IMG/VR virus record: IMGVR_UViG_3300011337_000448
Location: 1 to 37,927 of that record
Reading direction: 5' to 3' (one strand)
Origin: a virus
Lineage: Duplodnaviria; Caudoviricetes
DNA length: 37,927 bases
A program made the position numbers and the translations under genes. Shown piece by piece: positions 15,915 to 24,200 of this stretch. Position 1 is the stretch's first letter, and every line of letters begins with the position of its first letter. The notes below the pieces were generated by a model, which saw only the letters and a list, made by a program, of their open reading frames with translations, searched no databases and had not been told where the DNA came from.

Positions 15915-17108
15915 TTAGAAGTTCTGAACGACTGATCCGTAAATCACGCCGCCGATATTAACGAAGGTGTAAACGTCAGTCTTAGCGCCAACTGTCTGCA
16001 CAGGAGCAACTCCACCAGACCATTTTAATGTCGGCGACGATGGCCAAGTGACTGTGTAGTTGGCAACCGTGTTGGTGATCGCGACTCGAATCTCTTGGCC
16101 CGGCAGTGAGTTGGCGAATGTGAACGTCGTGCTTGCTGATAGAGTCTTCGAGAACGTCGCACCAGTCGCCCAGTCAATAGCAGAAGCCGCAATGGCTGCA
16201 TCTGTACCGATGAACGCACGAGCGGTGATGTTGCCACCGAATGACGACGGCGTTGTGCCGGCGGTGACAATTGCAAAGTTGCTTGATGCTTTTGTTAATG
16301 AAGCAATATAAATTCCGGTTTGATTGGAAATAGATCCTCCTCCAATCGTGTCGGAAATAAAAGAACCATAAGCATTGGTAATCAAACCACCATATGTCTC
16401 AAGCCGACAGTAAGCCCCGTACAAGGTTGTAAGAGTGCCAGTGCATTCATGCTTTGGACGTGACTGGAATCCGACGATGTGATCAATGTTTGCACTGCCA
16501 GCCGTTATTCCTGCCGCATCAAAGCAAGCGTAAGCATACCCAGCACCTAGTGTGGCGGTGGCATCAACTCGCACCGCGCGCACATTGTTGGTGGCAGACG
16601 TTTGGAATGTTCCTCCGATGTGGAGCTTTCCATAATCACGTTCGCTGTGTAGCTCAGTCGTTACGCCAAGTGTGCCAGTAGTTGTGTTTACGTCGAGAAT
16701 TTTAGACGCTGCTGAATTGTCTACACTTAACCCGTCATCATAAAGACGAAGGTAATTTCTAGCGACAGGAACGGATGATGCGAGCGAATAATGGGCGAAC
16801 AAACATCCGCTGCCTGCCGCTCCTGATACGCCAGCCAAGAAACGGATTTCTTGTCCTTCGCCATCAATTGATCCACCTCCACGAGTGAGCCGCAACAGCT
16901 CCGATCCAGTCGTTTGAATCCGCTGCAAAACGGAAAAGGTATTTTCCGACGCCAGTAATGGAACACTTAAAGGAGAGACCACGCCAACCGAAGAGAATCC
17001 CAACGCCTTGTTGGGGTTTGCACTGCCGAGCACATTGATCCAACCGTTATCCCCGGAGGCATTGCGCTGAACGATTGCGACGTTTGTTGGTGTGGTAACA
17101 GTGCTCAT
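15915..17108 (-). CDS. Tail fibre/spike protein
   Basis: 397 aa; C-terminal IDWATG...TFTFAN...VTWP....KW.GG.AP......DVYTF domain typical of phage fibre tips. Confidence 0.7.
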   Translation of the reverse strand: MSTVTTPTNVAIVQRNASGDNGWINVLGSANPNKALGFSSVGVVSPLSVPLLASENTFSVLQRIQTTGSELLRLTRGGGSIDGEGQEIRFLAGVSGAAGSGCLFAHYSLASSVPVARNYLRLYDDGLSVDNSAASKILDVNTTTGTLGVTTELHSERDYGKLHIGGTFQTSATNNVRAVRVDATATLGAGYAYACFDAAGITAGSANIDHIVGFQSRPKHECTGTLTTLYGAYCRLETYGGLITNAYGSFISDTIGGGSISNQTGIYIASLTKASSNFAIVTAGTTPSSFGGNITARAFIGTDAAIAASAIDWATGATFSKTLSASTTFTFANSLPGQEIRVAITNTVANYTVTWPSSPTLKWSGGVAPVQTVGAKTDVYTFVNIGGVIYGSVVQNF

Positions 17109-17770
17109 TAAGCGGAAAGGACGGCGGGAACGGAATAGCTGAGACCGTTGGCGGTGACAGTCAGCACGTCGTCAATAACGACGACACTCGTGTCAATCGG
17201 ACCAAATGTAGGATCTAGCACAGCATCGAAGCTGTAGAGGATGCCATTATAAACAAAGCTGGCCACGTCATCAATCACGCGGAATGCGCTCGATGTAGTG
17301 GCTGCGCCAGCAATTACGTCAAAGCTGTAGGTGCGTCCACTGAACGTGTAAGATGCCACCTCATCGACGACGCTAAACGTAATCGAGGTGTCTGGTTGCA
17401 GCGAAAGTGCGGATGGCTTTAGTTCCAGATTTCCGGCGCGCAGCGAGTACGGAAAGCCGTTTACATCAAGCCCACCGATCACGATCCAGAAATTGTTGCA
17501 GTTGACCTGCTCGCTGAGAGTTTGGTTCATCTGCGCCGCGCTGAATGTAAATGTCACGTTTGACCCGACAACTACGCCAGATGTTGAAGCAAGTGGAGCT
17601 GCTCCAGCCACCGCGCTTTCATACGGTCGTTTCCAAAGCTCCATGCGATACACCGACATCGCCGGCCCACCAGCAGGTATCGCAGCCGTGATGATCAATG
17701 GCGTGGTTGCGAAGACCGGAGCTAGTGCGAGGTCGTCGGTCGTCGGTGTGATTGAAATGGTTCGAGTCAT
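17108..17770 (-). CDS. Putative baseplate/fibre-anchoring protein with three C-terminal repeats
   Basis: ATG at 17770 overlaps the endolysin stop; repeats FSVVDEVASYTFSGRTYSF / FRVIDDVASFVYNGILYSF / VVVIDDVLTVTANGLSYSV. Confidence 0.6.
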   Translation of the reverse strand: MTRTISITPTTDDLALAPVFATTPLIITAAIPAGGPAMSVYRMELWKRPYESAVAGAAPLASTSGVVVGSNVTFTFSAAQMNQTLSEQVNCNNFWIVIGGLDVNGFPYSLRAGNLELKPSALSLQPDTSITFSVVDEVASYTFSGRTYSFDVIAGAATTSSAFRVIDDVASFVYNGILYSFDAVLDPTFGPIDTSVVVIDDVLTVTANGLSYSVPAVLSA

Positions 17771-18327
17771 TTGGTCGCTTGAAAGTGCATCGCATCCCGC
17801 CCCCAGAACGCCCCCGCAGAGAGCCAGCCGCCGACAGCAAAGAATTCCATCACTTCGAGCGGCATCTGCGCTACAACGGGCCATTGCGTGCGATTGCCGT
17901 TTACCTGCGGCCAGAAGTCAATCGCCGCACCGCGTGCATGAAGCGATGGACGGGTGCCGTGCCGCATTAGGCGATCATTGTAACAACCGGCGTATTCTGC
18001 CGCAATATGCGGGAAGCACTCGCACACCGCCTCAAGGATGTGGCCAAGCGACCGCGCCACCTTCTTGTGGCATGTGATGCTCTTGACCTTCTTGCCGTCG
18101 TACTTCAAACAGAGATCCGCGACAGGCAGTTGAACGAGCTGACTCGGATCTCCCGGCGATCCATAGAACTTTTGCAAAGACACCTCATCTTGCGCTGGCC
18201 ACTGGTTCGGTTGCGCGACCATCTTCCGCAGGTGATCTTGGCACGCCTTGATCGAGACCGGTCCCCAGAATCCATCTGGTGTGACGCCGATCTTTTCCTG
18301 CATTAGTTGGATGTCGCGACGGGTCAT
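17767..18327 (-). CDS. Endolysin, M15-family Zn peptidase with short PG-binding N-terminus
   Basis: Q..IGVTPDGFWGP; GCYNDR...SLHARGAAID...GRDAMHFQ. Confidence 0.85.
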   Translation of the reverse strand: MTRRDIQLMQEKIGVTPDGFWGPVSIKACQDHLRKMVAQPNQWPAQDEVSLQKFYGSPGDPSQLVQLPVADLCLKYDGKKVKSITCHKKVARSLGHILEAVCECFPHIAAEYAGCYNDRLMRHGTRPSLHARGAAIDFWPQVNGNRTQWPVVAQMPLEVMEFFAVGGWLSAGAFWGRDAMHFQATK

Positions 18328-18425
18328 GGGGCAAATGATTTTAACATCCAGTAAAGCACGAGGAGCCAAGAAGCGACAAGCGCGATGGCGGTTAAAAGTT
18401 GGCCGACGTGCTTTAGCGTAGTCAT
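18324..18425 (-). CDS. Very small membrane peptide (33 aa)
   Basis: MTTLKHVGQLLTAIALVASWLLVLYWMLKSFAP; overlaps the stop/start of both neighbours. Confidence 0.5.
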   Translation of the reverse strand: MTTLKHVGQLLTAIALVASWLLVLYWMLKSFAP

Positions 18426-18733
18426 CAGATGCGCTTGGTTAGTTTGGCCACTACCCACGCGAGCTGAACGACGACGCTGGCAAAGTCGATCCCCTGCTGC
18501 ACCCATGGCGGGAGTTTGTACGTGTTCACGAAATGCGGCGAGGTCACCACGTCCCGCACGCGCATGGCTTTATCGAATCCGCTGATCGGTAGATGACTAG
18601 CGTGCTCCACCTTGTCCACAATGATCTGGAATTGATCCGTCGTCAAACCCTGCACAAGGAGCTGCGCAGTCTGTGTGGCCTTTGCGACCGCATCACGGTG
18701 CCAGAGAGTTTTGAACCATGCGAAGAATTTCAT
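18425..18733 (-). CDS. Hypothetical protein in lysis cassette
   Basis: 102 aa with amphipathic termini. Confidence 0.6.
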   Translation of the reverse strand: MKFFAWFKTLWHRDAVAKATQTAQLLVQGLTTDQFQIIVDKVEHASHLPISGFDKAMRVRDVVTSPHFVNTYKLPPWVQQGIDFASVVVQLAWVVAKLTKRI

Positions 18734-18737
18734 AAGG

Positions 18738-18902
18738 TCACCAAGGAATAGTAACGGACAAAAGCAAGCCCTCCATCATGCCGGACTTGAAGCCGTCCCG
18801 CCAGTCCTCAGACTTGTCTGGGAATAGCGAGTCGTCCGGCATCTTCTGGATGCTGACGCAGGATGTGCCAAGTAGGGCGATGAGCAGGAGGATCGGTTTC
18901 AT
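18738..18902 (-). CDS. Small lipoprotein, spanin candidate (54 aa, not in ORF track)
   Basis: MKPILLLIALLGTSC lipobox signal; ATGA-coupled to the holin-like gene. Confidence 0.65.
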   Translation of the reverse strand: MKPILLLIALLGTSCVSIQKMPDDSLFPDKSEDWRDGFKSGMMEGLLLSVTIPW

Positions 18903-19252
18903 CGCACGTTGGAGTCCTGACTGGATTTGTTGGCATCGCGTGCAGCGATCAGGCCCGCACCAGCGATAATCTCACCGAACGCAAGTTGCAAACTGTCGAG
19001 CGTAAGCGATGCACCTTCCGTTACCTGCAACAGCGATTCGACGATAGCACTGCATCCATGCAGGATAAGCGCCAGCCCCGCCAGTGTCGTCTTCCAGTTC
19101 AGCAGAAACGGAAGCAGCTTCTTCGATGCGTAGTTCATGGCAGTGCGGTTGATCAGGTTTGGCTTCTTGCGTTTCACTGCCACAGGTGCCTTGTGTGCCC
19201 AGAATGGTTTGGCCACGTTCTTGTGGATAGGAGGTTGTCCGGGACTAGGCAT
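18899..19252 (-). CDS. Holin-like membrane protein
   Basis: NWKTTLAGLALIL...IIAGAGLIAARD two-TM pattern; alternative start at 19138. Confidence 0.6.
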   Translation of the reverse strand: MPSPGQPPIHKNVAKPFWAHKAPVAVKRKKPNLINRTAMNYASKKLLPFLLNWKTTLAGLALILHGCSAIVESLLQVTEGASLTLDSLQLAFGEIIAGAGLIAARDANKSSQDSNVR

Positions 19253-19539
19253 TACGGATTCAGCTTCCTGTCAATTTTGTCGAGCTTCTCCACTATCGAA
19301 CGCAGCAGTTGCGTGTCCGCAGAATCTTTTAACTCCAAAGCGCGAATGGCTGCCACATCAGCAGTCCGCAGCTTGGCCACCTCTTCAACTTTCTGTTCGT
19401 GCGAGTTAATGCGAATCTGGATTGTAGTGACCCAGACGCCTAGACCAAAAGCGCCAAGCAGCAGCCCTTGGCCAACTTTGACCACGAGATTAAGGTCTCG
19501 CAGCCGCTCCTCCAGCTCTTCAAGTTGTGTGGGATTCAT
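19252..19539 (-). CDS. Single-TM coiled-coil protein (holin/antiholin/i-spanin candidate)
   Basis: TM VGQGLLLGAFGLGVWV followed by heptads ending EKLDKIDRKL; first gene of the lysis cluster. Confidence 0.6.
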   Translation of the reverse strand: MNPTQLEELEERLRDLNLVVKVGQGLLLGAFGLGVWVTTIQIRINSHEQKVEEVAKLRTADVAAIRALELKDSADTQLLRSIVEKLDKIDRKLNP

Positions 19540-19568
19540 GAGGTAGTTGGGCGTCCACCTCCTTGTTC

Positions 19569-19631
19569 TTAGCCAGCAGGATTTGAACCTGCTACGCAAT
19601 AGCGAAGGATTGCGTGGGCCGCCCCGGCCAA
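19569..19631 (-). ncRNA. tRNA-like cloverleaf element (non-canonical)
   Basis: UUGGCCG/UGGCUAA acceptor-like stem, GGG-CGG-CCC mini arm, ACGCAAU-CCUUCGCU-AUUGCGU arm, canonical T arm GCAGG-UUCAAAU-CCUGC. Confidence 0.6.
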
Positions 19632-19635
19632 GGTG

Positions 19636-20118
19636 TTATGGAAGGACGGTTGGTGACCCGTAAGCGACAACGCTCACCGTATAGCCGACGCCGGGAGGCG
19701 TGATGGTTAAGACTTCCGCTGCGGTTGAATTGGCCGCATTTGGGTTGTAAATGTTGAACACGCCCCCGACTCCGACATTAATTGATGTAAACGTGACTTT
19801 GCCGAACCCTGTGCAGGCCACCGCAACTGACCCATTAGCTGGCCCAGCCACGGAAATCATGTATCCCAGCACACGCGCCGGAACAATGGTTGCGCGTGTG
19901 ATAGGATCGAGCTGAACAACACTGTTGACCGTAATGTTTGCGGCACTGCCGCCAATCGTGATCGTATTAGCCGAAGCGGCAGTGAACTCAGCCGCAACGC
20001 TCCATTGATTGGCAAGCGAGACGTTAATCGGTGGCACCGAATGCGCAATCGGAGCACGGGTCGCGCTACCGGCAAACGAGTTCTGGAGGACGGTGGAAAG
20101 TTTAAATGTAGATGGCAT
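19636..20118 (-). CDS. Putative minor tail protein
   Basis: 160 aa beta-rich; paralogous to 20123-20869. Confidence 0.7.
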   Translation of the reverse strand: MPSTFKLSTVLQNSFAGSATRAPIAHSVPPINVSLANQWSVAAEFTAASANTITIGGSAANITVNSVVQLDPITRATIVPARVLGYMISVAGPANGSVAVACTGFGKVTFTSINVGVGGVFNIYNPNAANSTAAEVLTITPPGVGYTVSVVAYGSPTVLP

Positions 20119-20122
20119 GATG

Positions 20123-20869
20123 TTAAGAGCCGATGACCAACACGTTGACGTTCAGGCCGGTTGTTCCGTTAAGGTAGACGTTAAGGACGTTTCCGCTGAC
20201 CGCCTTGATTGCGGCAGGAGAAGTAAAAGCGATGGCCGCGTTCTCGCGAAGAGCAACGGTGGTAAATGTGATTCCGCCGAAGTCAGTAGATGCCACCTGC
20301 GCGCACACGATGCCGGTCACCGTCCACGAATCAATCGTTCCTGTCCCGCTAATTTTGTCCACAGTGACCACAAGTGCTCCAGTCCCGGAGGTATACCCAG
20401 ACACGACGCCTTCCATGTAGTTGGTGGCAGTGGTTGAATGCGTGATACGGACACGCATGTTCGTTACATACGCCAGCCCCGTTGCGACAGTAAAAGTTTT
20501 CGATCCTGTGCCAATGGCAACAGACGAGGTGGAGGTTGCTGTCGGTTGCACTGAAGCTGGCTCAACAAGCGGGTCGCGTTGAGTCACGCTAATAAAAAGA
20601 CCGCGAAAGTTAGTCATCACCAAGTTTGCGTTGGTGATTGGATTTGTTAGCAGAACAGCAGAGCCGCCGTTCAGAACTGAGCTGATCTGGTTGGATGCGT
20701 TAATCGTCAAAGAATTGACGGCTCCGCTGCCAAACACCTCAAACACGCCGGAAATCAAATCATTCTCAGAAAAGGACAAATCAGGAATCTGCTGGGTCGC
20801 TGCCTGCACCACTGACGATGCTGGATAAGAGTTTTGCGCCTTCAGAGTAAGTGCGAACGTGTTCGGCAT
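20123..20869 (-). CDS. Putative minor tail protein with inserted fibre-type domain
   Basis: 248 aa; contains the TSTSSVAIGTGSKTFTV...NYMEGVVSGY..GALVVTVD module. Confidence 0.7.
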   Translation of the reverse strand: MPNTFALTLKAQNSYPASSVVQAATQQIPDLSFSENDLISGVFEVFGSGAVNSLTINASNQISSVLNGGSAVLLTNPITNANLVMTNFRGLFISVTQRDPLVEPASVQPTATSTSSVAIGTGSKTFTVATGLAYVTNMRVRITHSTTATNYMEGVVSGYTSGTGALVVTVDKISGTGTIDSWTVTGIVCAQVASTDFGGITFTTVALRENAAIAFTSPAAIKAVSGNVLNVYLNGTTGLNVNVLVIGS

Positions 20870-20889
20870 AAAATGCGGCTTTGTGTCAA
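20867..20889 (-). promoter_or_regulatory. TTGACA-N14-ATG motif (copy 1)
   Basis: TAAGA TTGACA CAAAGCCGCATTTT ATG. Confidence 0.7.
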
Positions 20890-20891
20890 TC

Positions 20892-21767
20892 TTAGATGAA
20901 TGTCACGCTTGGAAGGCTTAAAAACACCGATCCGACTTGATGATGGGTGATGGTCGATCCGGATCGCGTCAGCAAGCGCAGATATGCAGTGGTCGCGCTT
21001 CCTGTGGGAGGACTTCCGTAAACCTGAAACGACGCACCCGATACCGTCCACCGGCGGATCTGCGCTGCCGCTTTCGTGTAGTTTTGAAAGGAGACCGACA
21101 ATCCGGATTCTCCACCTTCACCGTATCCGCCTTGACCTCCATCTCCTCCGTTTTCTCCACCTGATCCGGGTGAATTTGTCCCAGCCGGTCCACCAGCGCC
21201 ACCTGTGCCGGGAGAACCACTTGATCCATTAGCACCAGCCGTGCCGTTTCCTCCGTCGCCTCCTGTAGTCATTGCTCCTGCCCCACCGCCACCGCCACCG
21301 CCACCACCACCCCCCGTGCCACCGATTACGGTCAGTGTCTGCTGATCCGCAGCTGAGAGTGCCCCGATCACCGGGTTTGTTGTCGGCGTGATTGTGATCT
21401 GAAGCCAGATCGAGAAACCATCAGCCACCGCCAAAGTTGCACCGGCCACAGTCGCCACTGATTCAGTCCAGCCGCCGCTACTCGGATCGTTTGGCATGTA
21501 TGTGCTCCACGATGTGCCTAGCACTTTGCCACCGCGAATTGTCACGTCACCGCCAGAGAGCGTACCAGTAAAATCAATCACGCTGGCTGTCGTCGTCGCA
21601 CGCCCTGCTTGTGACGTGATGATTATCCCGTCGTTTGTCTCTTGCAGGATGATGCCAGCGCCTTCAATCGGCACCTGCTCATAAAGCGCCTTGCGAAACA
21701 GGTTCAGCGTCTTCCCTTTCAGGAAGTAGTGCAGATTGCCGAAGAATTTGGGAAAATCAGGGAACAA
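20892..21767 (-). CDS. Glycine-rich tail protein, paralogue 3
   Basis: MFPDFP..., poly-Gly/GGxGG block, C-terminal ITHHQVGSVFLSLPSVTFI. Confidence 0.75.
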   Translation of the reverse strand: MFPDFPKFFGNLHYFLKGKTLNLFRKALYEQVPIEGAGIILQETNDGIIITSQAGRATTTASVIDFTGTLSGGDVTIRGGKVLGTSWSTYMPNDPSSGGWTESVATVAGATLAVADGFSIWLQITITPTTNPVIGALSAADQQTLTVIGGTGGGGGGGGGGGAGAMTTGGDGGNGTAGANGSSGSPGTGGAGGPAGTNSPGSGGENGGDGGQGGYGEGGESGLSVSFQNYTKAAAQIRRWTVSGASFQVYGSPPTGSATTAYLRLLTRSGSTITHHQVGSVFLSLPSVTFI

Positions 21768-22656
21768 AGGCGCTTATGTAGGTGGTTGCTGGAAGCGTTA
21801 CGTGGTAGGAACCCGCATGGTATTGAGTCACTACGCCGCCGGTCTGTGATGCGATACGCACGTAAATGTTGGTGGCTGGCGAGGCGGTTGGCTTGGTTGT
21901 GTGTACTTCCAAGCTCGCAGACGTGATCTGCCACCTACGAAAAACCATCAAGAGCTTCGTGTACTGCGTGAAGGATTTCGCCTCGCCGTCTCCACCAGCC
22001 GCACCATTCCCGCCGTCTCCGCCTTCTGCTGCTGTCCCTGAATTAAAACTTGATGAAGGAACGGTTCCGCCGGGCGTGTAATAACCCGGATCGCCACCAG
22101 TTTGACCAGATGCTGATTGCCCGGTGTTGCCATTAGATCCAACAGATCCATCACCGCCAGCGCCGCCGCCCCCAGCGTCACCACCCGCACCCCCGCCGCC
22201 GGTTGTGACTGTGATCGTACTCGCGCCAGTCGCCGAGAGTGTGCCGTTCATTTCCACATCCGTCTGCGAGCACTGGATGCGCAGCCACACGCTTTGCCCG
22301 TCGGTCACCGTGAGCGTGGACGGTCCGACAGTAAACTGCTCCGCCAGCCAGTCTGTCGGCAATGGATCGCTCATGGTTGGCGTCCCCCACGTTGTGCCAA
22401 TCACTCGGCCTGCTGTGATGTCGAGTGAGTTGGTGGCCGGGAGCGACGCCTTAAAGTCATGGTTGATGCTGATCGTCGGCGATGTCTGGATCGCTTGATC
22501 CGCGTGGAGTAGGATGCCAGCGTTCGTCTCCTCCATCCGCAGGTTGTCGCCAGCGATTGGTGTCTGAAGTCTGATCCGCTGCACGATCCTCTCCAGCATC
22601 TTGCCGGTCAGGATGTGCACGTCGCCAAGGTTGAAGTTGGGAATGTCTGGCAGCAT
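21757..22656 (-). CDS. Glycine-rich tail protein, paralogue 2
   Basis: MLPDIP..., same architecture as its neighbours. Confidence 0.75.
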   Translation of the reverse strand: MLPDIPNFNLGDVHILTGKMLERIVQRIRLQTPIAGDNLRMEETNAGILLHADQAIQTSPTISINHDFKASLPATNSLDITAGRVIGTTWGTPTMSDPLPTDWLAEQFTVGPSTLTVTDGQSVWLRIQCSQTDVEMNGTLSATGASTITVTTGGGGAGGDAGGGGAGGDGSVGSNGNTGQSASGQTGGDPGYYTPGGTVPSSSFNSGTAAEGGDGGNGAAGGDGEAKSFTQYTKLLMVFRRWQITSASLEVHTTKPTASPATNIYVRIASQTGGVVTQYHAGSYHVTLPATTYISAFVP

Positions 22657-23534
22657 TAGGCGATGATAAAGGTGATGGCCGGTGGTGTGATCGAGATCAT
22701 GCCGACGACGTGCTGCGTAATGCTGGTGCCACTAATGGACGCCAACTGAATCCACGATGACGCCTCGCTTGCTGTGCCTTTTGATGTGTGTAGCGAGATG
22801 CCGTTGATTGTCCACTTGCGGATCTGTGCGGTTCCCTTTGTCCTGCGGGTGAATGTGACACTGCCCCCCGCACCGCCTGCACCGCCGTATCCACCTGCAC
22901 CGCCGCTCGCCCCGTAGCTGTTGCCGAGCCCGGTTACTCTAGTTGGAGGTGTTGTGGTAATATCTTCCACTATACCTCCAGCTCCGCCAATTCCGGTAAA
23001 ATCTCCACTATCTCCGCCAGAACCTAATCGCCCTTGGATATCTGGAAGCAGTCCGCTCGCCGCACCGCCGCCACCACCACCTCCCCCGCGTCCACCTTTT
23101 GCGCCCGATATGTCGTAGGTGGTTGTGCCGAGCGGCCCGGTCGTAGTGGTATCGCTCTCCGACCATAAAACCTGCAACCAGACCTGTGAGACAGTGCCGC
23201 TGAGTGAGCCTCCGATATAGTTGACCTCTCGCTGCCAGTCGCCCGGCGTTGGATTATCGCCGAGGATCGCGCCCCAGAGCGGGTAGATGATCTTGCCTGC
23301 CGCTACCACCACCGATGTCCCATCTAACGACACGGCGAAGCCTAGAGCAAAAGGAGCCACCACGCCGCCTGACCCCACGCGGTCGATAATCTGTCCATCC
23401 TTTGTCTCTGTGATTGTGACGGTCTCCGACGAGATTAACCGCTGTAAACGGATGCGATCCACCAAACGGTTGAGCAGCCACCCGGACCGCGCACCGTTCA
23501 CCTTTGGGTCGATGACTGGAAGATCTGGCAGCAT
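22656..23534 (-). CDS. Glycine-rich tail protein, paralogue 1
   Basis: MLPDLP..., same architecture as its neighbours. Confidence 0.75.
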   Translation of the reverse strand: MLPDLPVIDPKVNGARSGWLLNRLVDRIRLQRLISSETVTITETKDGQIIDRVGSGGVVAPFALGFAVSLDGTSVVVAAGKIIYPLWGAILGDNPTPGDWQREVNYIGGSLSGTVSQVWLQVLWSESDTTTTGPLGTTTYDISGAKGGRGGGGGGGGAASGLLPDIQGRLGSGGDSGDFTGIGGAGGIVEDITTTPPTRVTGLGNSYGASGGAGGYGGAGGAGGSVTFTRRTKGTAQIRKWTINGISLHTSKGTASEASSWIQLASISGTSITQHVVGMISITPPAITFIIA

Positions 23535-23535
23535 A

Positions 23536-24198
23536 TCAACCGGGCATCCATTCGTAAATATAGACCATGCTCTGCTTCACAAGATAGATGGTGGAAGACG
23601 CGCCATTGATCGTTTCAACCTCAAGACCATCCTGAATCCATCCAAATGGATAGTTGTAGATCGGAGTTGTCGGTAGCGTAGTAAACGGGTTGGTTGGCGG
23701 TGACGGCAGCGTCCCTAAAGGTGTGGCGTTTTCCGGTCTGGTGGCAGTATTGGGAAAGCTGGTGGTGACTTGATTGAACGTGCAGGAGAGGTTTATGTAT
23801 TGCCCTTGAATCTCTCCAGTTTTTGCCGGCGAACTGCCCGGCACTGTACCAAGTCCGGTCTTGTATGACTGGATCTTGCTGGAAACGGTACGCTTGACGG
23901 GTTGCGACGCATTGAGCAGTCCCGCCGCCTGCGCCTCGAACGAGTAAATGTTTGAGCCGTCCTGATTAATGCTGACGCCGTTGAAGAACATGTTGGCGTA
24001 TGCGACGCCCAACACCGTCCCGACCGAGATACCAACGTCAAAGTTTGTCTTTGCATACGCAATCGGCGTGTCCGTCCGCGCGTAGTACTTCATCGTCATC
24101 GTGTCAAATCCGCTTTCAGACACGGAAAAACGAATGCCGTTTTCCGCGAGGATTGGCGTTGTGCCGGATGGCCAGTGCGTGTGGTTTGATGTCGGCAT
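23536..24198 (-). CDS. Putative distal tail/hub protein
   Basis: First gene after the tape measure; beta-rich 220 aa; function inferred from position. Confidence 0.55.
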   Translation of the reverse strand: MPTSNHTHWPSGTTPILAENGIRFSVSESGFDTMTMKYYARTDTPIAYAKTNFDVGISVGTVLGVAYANMFFNGVSINQDGSNIYSFEAQAAGLLNASQPVKRTVSSKIQSYKTGLGTVPGSSPAKTGEIQGQYINLSCTFNQVTTSFPNTATRPENATPLGTLPSPPTNPFTTLPTTPIYNYPFGWIQDGLEVETINGASSTIYLVKQSMVYIYEWMPG

Positions 24199-24200
24199 GA

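Noticed and set aside
19250-19274. Sixth TTGACA-ATG motif before the holin-like gene
   Set aside because: Spacing is 16 nt rather than 14 and the hexamer lies inside coding sequence.
19569-19631. Canonical tRNA-Arg(UCG)
   Set aside because: No proper D arm, 8-nt anticodon loop without purine 37, 7-bp anticodon stem, only 63 nt; reported as tRNA-like instead.
13694-23534. Diversity-generating retroelement or invertible fibre cassette
   Set aside because: No reverse transcriptase or invertase gene, and no near-identical TR/VR nucleotide repeat pair noticed.
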